From contig OZ025719.1 in NCBI GenBank assembly GCA_964019335.1, positions 186,001 to 250,000 of the forward strand: a stretch of 64,000 nucleotides of DNA, given 5' to 3'. Shown here in pieces: positions 10,710-22,686 of this stretch (position 1 is the stretch's first letter; every line of letters starts with the position of its first letter). The position numbers and the translations under genes were made by a program. Origin of the DNA: Diplonema japonicum. Lineage: Eukaryota > Protista > Euglenozoa: Diplonemea. The notes below the pieces were generated by a model. That model searched no databases and was not told where the DNA came from. It saw nothing but the letters and a program-made list of their open reading frames with translations.

Positions 10710-10824
10710 TTATAAATTGCTGTAATACCGGCAATATAAGAGCGGGAAAGGGGAAAAAAAAAAAGGGAGAATGAAAAAAAAAAAAAGAAAAAAGAAAAAA
10801 AAAAAAAATACACACAAAAAAAAC

Positions 10825-10997
10825 TACCGGATTTTGGGAATATATTACTGGATTTTCACGACAAGAGTTACAGATTTCCTCCGGAAAAAAATAAAAAAAA
10901 TAAAAGCGATCCCAAAAATAAATTCAAAAAAAAAAAAAGACTTTTTTTTTTAAATTGGGCATCCGAATCGGTCCCAAAACAATTCCCAAACCCGGTA
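10825..10997. mobile_element. Putative MITE with TA ends
   Basis: TACCGGATTTTGGGAAT at the left end pairs imperfectly with ATTCCCAAACCCGGTA at the right end. Confidence 0.5.
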
Positions 10998-12307
10998 GGA
11001 AGGAAGAAAAAAAAAAAAAAAAAAAAGAATAATGGCAATTTTTAGCATTTGGACACCTAGAAAAGTGAAAAGTGAAAAAGAGGTTTATCGATGTCACAGT
11101 GACTCCGTCCCCCCCCCCCCCCCCCCCCCTATTTTCTTTAATTACCGTAGGTGCAGAAAGAAGAAAAAAAAAGAAGAACCAGACATGGTCTTGCCCACAG
11201 CTTGTCGAGAAACTACCTTCATATGGAAAAAAAGAAACCCTTATCTACTTCTTTTTTATTTTCTTTTTTTTTTTCTTCTTTTTTTTGATTGTATCACAGG
11301 GAAAATGAAGAGAAAACGAAAGGAAAGAAAAGAAGAAAAAAAAAACGAAGAATGGAAAAAAAAAAAAAAAAACTTTTTATTTTATCTACAAACTACCACC
11401 TGTTGTGAAGCGTGCGTGTGAAGAAGAATACTTAAAATACTTAAATCTCCGCCGTGGGGGGGAGGGGAGGGCCTACAGTTTAGCATTCAACCCTTCTCCA
11501 GGTTTCCCTCATGTGAAGCACTCAACGACACCCCGTTGTACTGCCTGTTAGAGGGGTCCATAACGTTCTTAAAGGTCTCTACTAAATAAAACGATAAAAA
11601 TGCACCCCCCAGACACGGCTGAATTTTTAAAGCATAAGAGAAAATAAAGAAGAAGAAGAAAGAAAAAAAAAAAGAATTAAAAAAAAAAGAAAAGGTAGGG
11701 TACATCTTCTGCTAACACATTTGCTTCGCTTTTTCCTTTTTTTTTTGTTTGTATAATTTAAAAAAAAAGAGAAAAAAGAAAGATCGGGCGCTCACTGCGT
11801 TTGGTGGTTTTTTTTTTCCCCCCCCTCCCCAATATAATTATGAGTTGCGGAAAAAAAAAAAGAAAAAAGAAGAAGAAAGAAACAAAACATGTAACTTGCA
11901 CAACAACACGCTTTTATTCTTTTTTTTTCTTCTTTTTTCCTTCTGGGAGGGGTGGGATAATAACACTACCCTCCCATACCCTCGCGCGCGACCAAATTTG
12001 TCCATGATTAGAAGCATTTAAAAAAAAAAAGAAAAGAAAAGAAAAAGAAGAAGAAGAAGAAGAAAAAAAGAGAAAAAGGGACTGGTGTCCGGTAAAATTC
12101 TGCACATTTTCTTCTCCTTTTTTTTTGTTTTATATTTCACATGTTTCAGCGACTCTCGATGGATAAAAAAAAAATACCGTACCTCCTCCCTCCCCCTCTA
12201 TATTTTTTTTTCTTTGTGTTTCTTTACTTTCTTTTTTTTTTTTTTTTTTTCCATTTCTTTCTTTGTTCCCTCCTTCTTTGTAGTCTGCTGTGTGGTTAAA
12301 AATCACT

Positions 12308-12366
<59 letters not shown>

Positions 12367-12431
12367 CTTTTCTTCTTCTTTTTTTTTCCCATTGTTCAAA
12401 AAGGGGGAAGGGGGAAAAAAAAAAAAAAAAA

Positions 12432-13961
12432 ATGCCGAATACAATAAGTCCCCCAGAAAATTCTTTGAGAATACCGTCGCCGAGCGATTCCGGCAGTGTG
12501 ATGGACATTGACCTGGCAAGCCCGAAGCCCACGAATCATCAAGACACAGCTCTGCTACACGAAATCAACTCGACAGAGGGTGGGACAGAGGCAAGCAACG
12601 TCTTCAGCGGTCCGAGCGTCGTCCGAATGGCAGACGACCCAAAAGATATCGACGATCGAAAACAAGAGAACGAGATGACTATCCTCCCAAAACTATCGAA
12701 ACCGACAGACCCGAGACACGGCACTTGGAGCGCGTGTTTAAACTTTATAAACTCCATCGTCGGTGCCGGCATCATCGGCCTCCCCTTCGCCTTCAAAGAA
12801 ATCGGAGACATCCCGGGAACGTTAATCATCTTGACCATAGCTTTTTTAACAGATTGCTCTGTTCGTCTCATAATAAATCTGGGGTCTTCTACAGGGTACT
12901 CTAATTACGAAGATCTCGCTAAAACTCTCCTCGGTCCGCACTGTGGATACCTGGTTCTCTTTGCGATGGTGGTTTTTGCGTACGGGGCAATGGTTTCGTA
13001 CTTAATAATTATCGGCGACACACTTCCGGTAGTTTTCAAATCGTGGTTTTCTGCGGAATCGATGCTTCATGACAGATGCGCTGTTATTGCACTGGCAGGC
13101 GGGCTGGGCTGCCTCCCGCTTTGCTCTCTGAACGACATCGGAAAACTCGGAAGATTCTCCGGTTTTTCACTATTCGCAATCGCGCTGCTGATCGTCTTCG
13201 TTCTGATCCGAATGGGGGATTCAAAACCCGACATCAACGAAAAGACAACAACAACGAACAACGACGAGAAATCACAAGAAATCCTGCAGGGTATCGGGCA
13301 GATACTATTCGCATTCGTCTGCCACCATTCATCGTTCTTGGTACGCAGCAGTATGAAAAACCCGAAACTGTGGAGCGGTGTGACACATTTTTCTGTGTCT
13401 GTTGCATGTTGTTTAAGCGTTGTTCTGGCGGTGGCAGGGCACCGAACTTTTAAAGACTGTACAAGACCCAACGTCCTTAACAGTTTTAAGGTAGATGATG
13501 AGGTTATTAATGTTGCACGGTTGTTGCTCAGCGTCACAATGATTTTAACGTACCCAATGGAGTTTTTCGTCGCCCGCACAGGGCTCACAGGGCTGTTTGT
13601 TGAGGACCGTTTGGGTTTGAAAAAATCTTTCTTCTACCTTCTCACGTTGGTTATTTTTATCGCGACGCTCATCCCCAGTCTCTACCTGAACCCCGACGAC
13701 CTTGCGTTGGTGCTTTCCTTCACCGGTGGGACAGCTGCGTCGATACTCGGGTTTATCATACCAGGTGCACTTTATTTTTCGCATGCATTGTTGACTGAGG
13801 GCTGGTCAGCGGTTGTTTTCACGCGCAAGGCGGTTATACCCGTTGTGCTTATCGTGCTGGGGGGTGTGCTGCTCTTCAGCAATTTGTACTATTCTGCGAA
13901 AGACATCACGGAGGGGATTGCATACCACCCTCCTGCTTGGTGCCCTGATACTGGTATTTGA
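12432..13961 (+). CDS. Amino-acid transporter, AAAP/SLC38 family (SLC38A11-like)
   Basis: NFINSIVGAGIIGLPFAF, FAFVCHH, LTYPMEFFVAR, and about 11 hydrophobic segments. Confidence 0.92.
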   Translation: MPNTISPPENSLRIPSPSDSGSVMDIDLASPKPTNHQDTALLHEINSTEGGTEASNVFSGPSVVRMADDPKDIDDRKQENEMTILPKLSKPTDPRHGTWSACLNFINSIVGAGIIGLPFAFKEIGDIPGTLIILTIAFLTDCSVRLIINLGSSTGYSNYEDLAKTLLGPHCGYLVLFAMVVFAYGAMVSYLIIIGDTLPVVFKSWFSAESMLHDRCAVIALAGGLGCLPLCSLNDIGKLGRFSGFSLFAIALLIVFVLIRMGDSKPDINEKTTTTNNDEKSQEILQGIGQILFAFVCHHSSFLVRSSMKNPKLWSGVTHFSVSVACCLSVVLAVAGHRTFKDCTRPNVLNSFKVDDEVINVARLLLSVTMILTYPMEFFVARTGLTGLFVEDRLGLKKSFFYLLTLVIFIATLIPSLYLNPDDLALVLSFTGGTAASILGFIIPGALYFSHALLTEGWSAVVFTRKAVIPVVLIVLGGVLLFSNLYYSAKDITEGIAYHPPAWCPDTGI

Positions 13962-14052
13962 TTCACAACCCTTTTTTTTTTTTTTTTTGTAATTTACTGA
14001 CAATGAACACATTTTTTTTTCTTTTATTATATTTCTTGTAGACTTATTTTTC

Positions 14053-14086
<34 letters not shown>

Positions 14087-14090
<4 letters not shown>

Positions 14091-15313
14091 GAACAAAGTT
14101 CACAAATTTTGAAGAAGAATTTATTTTTTGCAGAAAAAAAGAAGATCGGAAGAAGAGTCCATCTCACTGTCCCGCCCGCCCCCCCCCCTTACCCTTTACT
14201 TCTCTTTTGCCTGCAAGAGACCGCCCTTACGCAAGCGGGGCAATGGATGATGGACAAGGAAGCGAAGCAAGACGTTTTCCTAAAAGAACACCGTCTCTTT
14301 TGGGGACCCCCACAACAGGGGAAGGTGTCAAAAGGTGCAGAATCCCCCTCAATCGCCCAAAGAGGAGGCGTGGGAATTATGGTGAACAAGCAACTGACAG
14401 CTAAGAAGGAATCCTTCCTTTACGAGGACCACAGCACCAACTCGCGAAGGGTACATGTAAGAGTCGCGATTGGGAAACGTGACTGGTTACACATTATCAC
14501 CCTCTACTGCCAGGTAAGAGACGGCTCCAGACACGCCAAGAGAAATAGGGAGGCGCTAATATCCGACACCCTACAGAGATCGGCTCAGCTGGGGGACGTT
14601 CCGGTCATTGTGACAGGAGACTTCAACACGACGATAATGGACTCCCCGGTCCTCTCGCACGCCATCTCTCAACATTGGACAGACGCTTCGAACAAAATAT
14701 CGCGCCTACTCTTCTGGAAAAGACCATTCCAACCGGGAAACCTATTAGAACCGAAACCCCTCATTTGGTATCACAAGCACGGGCTGGGGAAGAAGTACTT
14801 CCCGGGGCTGATCCCGTTTGTCCTCAAATGGCTGAGTGCCCTGAAATGGGGCAAGGATGGAGGGCAAGTGTCCAAGGCGGAGCTTGCTGTCGACTCGTAG
14901 CAACGAGAGAATCCACTTGGGTGGTGAAGACCATGCTGGGCTAGGAAAATCGGAAGAAATCCTCAACGTCCTGGACAGGGCACACAGAACAGGAACTGGG
15001 AATCACCTGATTCCAGCAGAAACTATGAAGTCAGTACACTCACTGCGTACCCTGGGGCTCCACAGCCATCCCATCATTGGATACTCCACTGGTCCAGTCT
15101 TCGCGTCCCCGAAGGCAACCCACCCGATCCTAGAGGAGCAACTGCGAACGCATTGCATCCTCAACAACTCGCTAGTTGGTTTCACGCCCAAGCTGCTGAT
15201 GAGATACTACGACGGGCCTAAGGCACTACCACGACAGAAGGGATCAAACACTAGATGAGTTGATTGTCGTTAGGCGATCCTGTCACATACTGCAGATTCC
15301 CTTCAAAGACATC
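14087..15313 (+). mobile_element. Internally deleted non-LTR retroelement: APE endonuclease joined directly to the ORF C-terminus, no RT
   Basis: FCLQET...GGVGIMV...LHIITLYC...PVIVTGDFNT is an APE/EEP endonuclease. It is followed by VLKWLSALKW...KAELAVD* and SVHSLRTLG...G...GPVF. T runs on both sides. Confidence 0.75.
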
Positions 15314-15552
15314 TTTTTCTTTTTCTTCTCTTTTTTCTTTTCTTCGATTCATATTCTTAATTTCTTTCTTTTCTTCTTCCCCCCCCCCCCGCGAAGGTTA
15401 AATATAAAAAAAAAAGGGCAGGGGGGAAAAAAAAAACCCGTGGGTTAAAAAAAAAAGAAAGTTTTTTATATAAGTTCTATTCATTTAAAAACACATCCCC
15501 CATTAAAAAAAAGACACACAAAAAAAACCCCCCCCCTTTTCTCAAAAAAAGT

Positions 15553-17927
15553 ATGGAAAAAGCAAGAAAATGGGCCAAGGGCCGTGTAGGGGGTGTGGGC
15601 TCCCCGTTGGGGAGAATGTCAATGGAATCAACAAGATCCAGCACATTTGACCCAGACGGCTGGGGGAGAACAGCACCCGACATCTGCATCACGGTTTCAA
15701 GAACAGGACCAAACGAGTCCCTAGGGATGCTCATCGACCCAAACACGTGCGTAGTCACAACTGTGGACAAGACAAGCCTGGCAGAAAAACACAACATAGA
15801 AGTTGGCCTGCAAGTAACCAACATAAACAACACACCTGTTACAACCCTTGAAGACATAAAACAAGCCGTACAGAAATCCCCACTGGACATCACCTTCACC
15901 TTCTCCGACCCACGTCTTTCTAACGATAAATCGCTGATGCTCATTAAAGACGAAATATTCACACAAGCTTCAAAAGAGTACCAAGCCCTTAAGGACAGAG
16001 ACAAAGACGCCACCGCCGCCGAGGCAAAATCTGCGAAAGCATACCAGCAAATGAAGAAAACCCACACCATGTCTACACAACTCTGCGACACTAAGGTACA
16101 GGACGTCAGAAGAGCCAAGGAACAAATTTCAAAAAGCAAGGCCGCGCAACACCTCTCCGCCCTTGAAGAACAGCTCAGAACAGCACGGATGCGATCGGAA
16201 GAAGAGCTTGAGAACATCAAACAAACCGACGCCGCGATAAAAGTTTCCGTTAAAAAAGCACAAGCGGAGAACAAAGCACTGAAGATACGCCTCAACATCC
16301 TAGAGGACGACGGCACCAAAGACGAGACCTACGCAGGCGCGAGGTCCTCTGAACACATGCAGCTTGCCATCAAACTCCAACAACTCCAAGAAGCTATCGA
16401 AGAGAAACGATCTATTGTTGACACCGGGACCTCACAGACAGTCGATCTCAACAACAAGCTTGAATCTCTTCAGGCTATCGTCAAGGAAGGCGACACTAAG
16501 GCAAAATATCTAAAACGGAGCATTGACGACATGACCGCCGAAAACGAAGCACTTCAAGAGGAGAAACAACGCATGGCCACCATGAAGCAGCAAGGCGACG
16601 AAGAGTACAGCGAGACCGTCAAACAGCTTATGGAAAAACTGAAATCCGTCGGAGCGGATAAAAACAAGCACCTTGCACAAACCTCCGACCTCCTCAACCG
16701 CGTCCAAGGCGGGGAGAGCAGCGTCATGAAGAAGCTCCGCAGCCTCGAGATGGAACTAGAGATCAAACGGAAAGACAACGAAATCCTGCAAGCCGACAAC
16801 ATCACCACAAGATCTGAAGAGTCTGCTCTACTCCAAAAAATAGAAGAGAAGGAAAAGCGGGGGGAGATATTGAAACAAGCTAGAAAACGCATGACAGAGG
16901 CGGAACGCGAGGTCTCCGTCATCACAGAGTTCGCAGCGAAAGCAAGAAAGACAATGACGGAGCTGAACGAGAGCAATAATACGTTGGAGAGTAAGAACCG
17001 GCGGAACAACAACCTCAACGCGGAAAAATCCGCGGCTTTCGAGGAGGAGGTGGCCCTCATAAGGGAGCACGAACGGGAAATTCAACAGCAAAAGGAACAT
17101 CTCAGCGAGGTCGAACCTTTGGAGGCGCAGGTTGCAAAGCTTGAAAACGACCTCGCAACTTTACTCGTTGAGCTGCAGAATGAAACCTTAACAGCAGCCT
17201 CCCTCATGCGTGATGTGTTGTCCGCGAACTGCAAGGTTGAAGCAGCAAAGGAAAAACACAACGATGCAAAAAATCAGCTCCGCGGCCTCTTAGCTGAAGC
17301 ACGAATCGCGCAAGAAACGGTCGCCATGAGACAGCGTGAGATAGAACAACTTTCATTGCAGCACGACCAAGGGATCAGCGACATTGCCTGCGACAGAGTG
17401 ATCATGAAAAAGAAGTGCGAGATCAAAGAAAGTGACCTCATTGAGCAGCTTGACCACGCGGAGGCTCAAACCATCGAAGTTGAAGATTCTCTGCGAAAAC
17501 TGTTGCAGAAGCTCGGGGACGCGACTGATTTCGGTATGATTCTTTTCCTTTTTTCTTTTTGAACACAACAAAAGATGAACCCGAAGAAGCACCTGCTACC
17601 GAAACCACGAGCTTCACGGAACCGAATTCCAAATACGAGTTGTCCTTCCTCGGCCTCACAGAGGAGAACATAAAGCTCACAGAGCTGCTTGGCGAGATTC
17701 GGGACAAAATATGGGCGGCGGAGGAGCTGAAGCGAGCCATCGACGAAGAGGTCGTGAAGAAGTCGCGGGAGGCAGCGAAGAAGGACGCAGCCATTACGAA
17801 ACACTTCACAAACAATATCGACAAAGAAGAGCTTCAAGCCGTCATCGAGAGCACCATGATCGACAACATGCGGCTGAGAGACCAGAACTTGAAGCTTTCA
17901 ACGGGTCTGCAGAGCCTCCAGCTTTGA
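15553..17927 (+). CDS. N-terminal PDZ plus long coiled-coil protein; intron 17534-17574
   Basis: ESLGMLID...VVTTVDKTSLAEKHNIEVGLQVTNINNTPV is PDZ-like and is followed by an E/K/Q/L-rich coiled coil. A 41-nt GT..AG intron joins the two ORFs in frame (F-D-EPEE). Confidence 0.8.
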
Positions 17928-18065
17928 AAAAAAAAAAAAAAATTCCCCGTCGTTTCTTTCCAAAAAAAAAAAGAAAAAAAAAAATAACCCGTTGAGGAAT
18001 TCTTTTTTATGATTCTTCTTTTTTTTTTTCTTCAAATCATCAGGAGGGTGGGGGGGAAGGGAAGG

Positions 18066-18097
<32 letters not shown>

Positions 18098-18098
18098 C

Positions 18099-21000
18099 AT
18101 GGCAGACCCCGTGCAAACATCCGAAGCGGCGAGTAAAACCCGGCGGTTGTCGTTCCCTTCAACAAGCTTGCTGAACAGCAAGATTTCCCCCCATGAAAAG
18201 CACGATTCTTTAGCTTACATCATGGGCCCAGCGACGCTGAAGATGAGGTTTGCTCCATTCTCTGATAACATCAAATGGGTAGGAGATGGGGAAACAGAAG
18301 AAGACGAGAAGATACGGAACGAATATGGAACACGTTTGGCCGCGGCCGCCTGTGAAGGTTGTGTCCTTGACTCTCCCGTCACACTACGCGGGGAACAGAT
18401 AGAACTTACAGGCGACATCCCCGGCGTACAGGAAGGCATGACCGATGAGGAAATCAAAGAACTGCAAAGTGCAGAACGCCCGCCAGTAATCCGCGCAGTT
18501 TGGGAGGCCGTCTTAAGATTCCCCACGCAAAAATCTCAATTGTCGTTTCAAGCAAACATTCTACTTGAAAATATCTCGACCATCGCCTGCGCCATATGTG
18601 ACTTCGAACCAGTTTCCTTAGGCCATGTTGTCTGCACCGTGACATGGAGGATAATCGACGCCTTCATGGTGTCGGACCATGTCAGGTCACCGGAGTATAA
18701 AGCCGCTTTTAAGAAGCCGAACGCGTACATGTCGATGAAGAAAGCCGGAGACTTCGCGAAGAATATACAGGAAATCAAGAAATTTGTGGAAACCTTGGAC
18801 AATGCGGAGGATGTCCGGACGGAGTTTGAGACGAACCTGCCGAGGTTTATCCGTGTTGCAGGAAAACCGGGGTCCCATTCGGTCCGCGTCACTTTATGGC
18901 CGTGCGAAGAAGTTTATAGCATAGGCTCTCAAAAAGCCGCTACAGAGATCCAACGAAGAGTCCGTGATGTGTTCGACCTACCGAGCTCAACAGGCATCGA
19001 GGTCCTAACCTGCGACATGATAAGCCCCCTCATCAGTCCCACTAAGTCCGAGATGATGGATGCCGACATCGACGGCCCTCAACGAACTGCCATCATTCGA
19101 ATCGACGCTTCAGAGGAACAGTCGTCGAACATCCTTCAACACCAAGGCTTGTCGGCCCCTTACATATCCAATGGTGCCCTCGTGGTCCACAACGAAGAGC
19201 TGTGGTTTGATTTGTTCACATGTAGAATCATGGACAGACCGGGATCGTTTCAGTGCATGAAGCCCAAGCTTCCCCACTTCAGTTTTTTGAAGCTGGAACT
19301 CGCCATTTTAAACGTGATGCAGACGGCGTCAACACTATTGGACGGGAAGTTGTTCCCTGGTACCGTGAGGGTTCATGTCGGTGAGGCTGTGCCTGATCTT
19401 GGGCAGGAATATCGTGAAGCCATGGAAGTCGAGCTCCTTTTGTCCCAGCCCGTTGAAAACAAACAGCTTAAAGTAGCGGAGGCCATTGAGCTTGACGCTG
19501 ACGGGAACCCCATCACCGACTTGACCTTGACGGTGGAGACCGTTCCTTTGCGTTCGAATCTGGACGTATCGAGCAAGGCGTCCCGCCGTGAGCGGGAGTC
19601 GGAACGTGACAGACTGTTCTCCAAGTTGGATGCCACGTTGGAACGGGAAGTCGAGGCTAAAAGAAAGCTCCACAACCGCCAGCAGTGCATGCAGTCTATC
19701 CAGACGGAAGACGGCAGCGACATCTCCACCCTCCTCGCCGTGCTGTTCCGGCAACGCGCTGCAGAGTCTCTTGGCGACCTGCAGATCAAGGAAACCCTTG
19801 CGCATGAGACTGCTGAGGTATGCAATTAAAAAGAGGTGTACCCTTACCTTATCATACAGATCACTATCACACTTAATGGCGAAGAAGTTGCGCACGCAAG
19901 GTCCAAGCGGAAATACCGTTTGCACACACTCACCCAGGCACTGCAGGACACCATCGCCAAGTACCCAAACCCGTCGCCCACAGAGACAGATGCAACAAAC
20001 GGGCGGCAAAAGATGAATCTGATGATCCGCGAGGTATACATTCCAAATAAAAAAGGAAAGCACACCACACAGGTGTACGTGCAAGAAATCGACCGAACAG
20101 TAGTTAAACGGGCGAACGCACACTTGATCGCCGACCAAATTCTTGGAGGCAAACGGGAGAGGGAAGGAGAGGAAGGCATAGGTGGGAAAGGAAAAGGCAA
20201 GAAAGGGAAAGGGAAAGACGGAGGGGGGAAGGGAATGAAGGGGCAGGGTGGGAAGGGAGAAGGAGCCCCTGAGCCCGGAGAGCACAGCCACCACCACCAC
20301 CACCATCATCATGCGCCACCACCTCCACCTCCTCCGCCGCCACCTCGTCCTATGGCACAACAGCCACAACCACCACAACCGCCACAAAGCCACGGGCTGC
20401 ATCAGCATCATCAGCACCAACATCACCACCAGCACCAACACCAGCACCAGCACCAGCACCAGCACCAACATCATCACCACCACCAACACCACCAACAACA
20501 TCAGCACCAACACCAGCATAATGTGCACCAGCACCAGCAGCAACAACAACAACAGCAGCAGCAGCAGCAGCAGCAACTCGCCCAGCAGCAACAACAACAG
20601 CAGCAGCAACTCGCCCAGCAGCTTCTCATCAGCCAGCTTGCGAATGCGACTCCTGCACAGCAGCAGCTCCTTGCCCAACAGCTCCTTCAGCTGCAGCAGC
20701 AGCAACAACAACAACAGCAGCAGCAGCAGCAGCAACAACAACAACAACAACAACAACAAATGCAGCAGCAGCAAGCAGCGTCCACCGAGTGGAATCACCA
20801 GGTTTGCCAAGTATAATATAAACCCACAAACACACCGCAAAGGTCGAAGGTTGGTTCTCGAACCTCCTAGCAGAGCTGCAGGGGCCCTCAAAACCTATCA
20901 TCGAGAAGCTGCATGGTCAAGCCATGCAGCAACAGGCACACGCCAGGGAGATCATCTATGCAGTGGAACAGAAGATAAGGTATGAGCGCCATCGGCACAT

Positions 21001-21270
21001 GTAAGACAACACAGGAAGCCGGGCATCCAACCGCAGGAGTCCCTGGGGACGTGGTACCTGCTTGACAGTCTGATAAAGAGTAGCAACGGGCTCGGGATCT
21101 CCAATGTGTTCCTTCAGGCAGCTGGTGGTAGCATCGAGAACTTGGTCGCCTCATACCTTCCACACCACCTGGACAAGAACCTCGTCTCGCGGTGCCAGCA
21201 GCTGATTGCCACCTGGGAGCAGCTCTTCCCGAATCAAGTGTTTGCACGACTGATGGGGTCGATCCAGTGA
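18099..21270 (+). CDS. Large protein with GK-rich, polyH/P/Q tracts and a C-terminal CID-like (Pcf11-type) domain; introns 19818-19859, 20802-20842, 20980-21014
   Basis: Three GT..AG introns give one continuous frame. The last exons read LAELQGPSKPIIEKL...AREIIYAVEQKIR-K...WYLLDSLIKS...CQQLIATWEQLF*, matching the CID pattern (NSKPxI, YLLDSIxK, TW). Confidence 0.7.
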
Positions 21271-21415
21271 CGCGGGCGAAGGTGGGATTTTACCTCTTCG
21301 CCGCAGTAGTGTGTCTAATACGTCGTTTAACACAAGCTAAATCTAAGTGGTCATAGTTCTTCTTCTTATTCTTCATGGCACTTTTACCCCTATTTGCTCG
21401 CTTGACTCTTCCACA

Positions 21416-21504
21416 ATGATGAAGAAACCTGTCACGTTTGGTCAGTGAGCACTATTGCTGTGATCGCGTACAACCAAAAAATATCAAAGTTCTTTGCATA
21501 CTGA
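21416..21504 (+). ncRNA. Box C/D snoRNA, copy 1 (most divergent)
   Basis: Box C ATGATGA at 21416 and box D CTGA at 21501, preceded by the guide TCAAAGTTCTTTGCAT, which is complementary to a conserved LSU rRNA segment. Confidence 0.7.
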
Positions 21505-21526
21505 AACCCCTGTTGGCCCCATAAAA

Positions 21527-21611
21527 ATGATGAATCTATTTCCCCTTTTGGTCTGTGAGCTCTTTGCACTGATCCTGTGTACCAAATATATCAAAGTTCT
21601 TTGCATACTGA
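21527..21611 (+). ncRNA. Box C/D snoRNA, copy 2
   Basis: ATGATGA at 21527, CTGA at 21608, same guide. Confidence 0.75.
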
Positions 21612-21723
21612 AAAGCGCCCCCTCCCTTTTTTTTTTTACAGCTCGCGAGAGTGCAGAACGCACACCGTAAATGCCCGTTGCCACGATATGACGATCTCGG
21701 GGCTCAGGGTTGGCCCCATAAGA

Positions 21724-21811
21724 ATGATGAATCTATTTCCCCTTTTGGTCTGTGAGCTCTTGTTTGCACTGATCCTGTGTACCAAATATATCAAAGTTCT
21801 TTGCATACTGA
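21724..21811 (+). ncRNA. Box C/D snoRNA, copy 3
   Basis: ATGATGA at 21724, internal CTGA (possible D'), CTGA at 21808, same guide. Confidence 0.75.
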
Positions 21812-21879
21812 AAAAAAAGAAAAGAGGAACCGGCTGTTGTTTTGTACGTGCCGGGGTGGGGTTTCTTTCAGTATTTTGT

Positions 21880-21965
21880 GTGATGCATTACCATTTCCGT
21901 TTGGTCTGTGAGCTCTTGTTTGCACTGATCCTGTGTACCAAATATCAAAGTTCTTTGCATACTGA
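21880..21965 (+). ncRNA. Box C/D snoRNA, copy 4
   Basis: GTGATGC (variant C box) at 21880, CTGA at 21962, same guide. Confidence 0.7.
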
Positions 21966-22130
21966 AAAAGCATAAAAAGGGTTGGAAGGGCTGAGGGTGG
22001 GCGCAGAAGGAGCATTTGCGGTGAATCGTTGCCAACACTTCGAATTTCCCGTAATTTAGCGAAGTACAATGTGCACAAACAAACAAACAAGCGCCAGAAA
22101 TAGTATTTTTTTTTTTGAGAAAAACATCGT

Positions 22131-22345
22131 TCACGGTAAGCAAATAACTTTTTTCCACCAAGTACGGTAATCATAACTTTTTTTTCCCATCAAAACGGTT
22201 TTTTTAAATAAAGTTTCCACTGTCCACGGTAACCTAATCTTATTTCCACTAAACCATGTATGTTGGAACTTTTTTTCCACCAAGTACGGTAACCCATAAC
22301 TTTTTTTTCCACCATCCACGGTAACCCATAACTTTTTTTCCACTC
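22131..22345. repeat. Degenerate minisatellite with a unit of about 30 bp
   Basis: Several copies of ACGGTAA(CCC)ATAACTTTTTTTCCAC. Confidence 0.7.
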
Positions 22346-22432
22346 TCCCATGAAACCTTCCTATTGTTCTCATTTTTAGTTTTTCGAAATTTTAGATTTT
22401 TTTCGTGTCCACCCCCTTCTGCCTGTGAAAAC

Positions 22433-22480
<48 letters not shown>

Positions 22481-22495
22481 GGTGAACAGAGTTTT

Positions 22496-22587
22496 ATGAT
22501 GCATAACCATTTCCCGTTTTTGGTCTGTGAGCTCTCGTTTGCACTGATCCTGTGTACCAGAAAATATCAAAGTTCTTTGCATACTGA
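22496..22587 (+). ncRNA. Box C/D snoRNA, copy 5
   Basis: ATGATGC at 22496, CTGA at 22584, same guide. Confidence 0.7.
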
Positions 22588-22686
22588 TGAAACGGGTCTT
22601 GTTAAAAGCAAGAAAAAAAAATTTGATAAATTTCGGTGTGCGGGTGGGTGCTCACCGTAAAAAAAAAAGAAATTCTAAAAAAAAGG

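Noticed and set aside
19335-20985. Poly-Leu (minus strand) and poly-Ser/Asn/Thr (alternative frame) ORFs
   Set aside because: Shadows of the CAG/CAA/CAC repeats in the polyQ/H exon.
21640-21723. Possible single-hairpin H/ACA (AGA-box) RNA between snoRNA copies 2 and 3
   Set aside because: I could not fold a convincing pseudouridylation pocket by eye. It is left unannotated.
21416-22587. Repeat-spacer pattern resembling a CRISPR or other prokaryotic guide array
   Set aside because: Eukaryotic context, irregular spacing and no cas-like gene. Units are bounded by C and D boxes with an rRNA-complementary guide.
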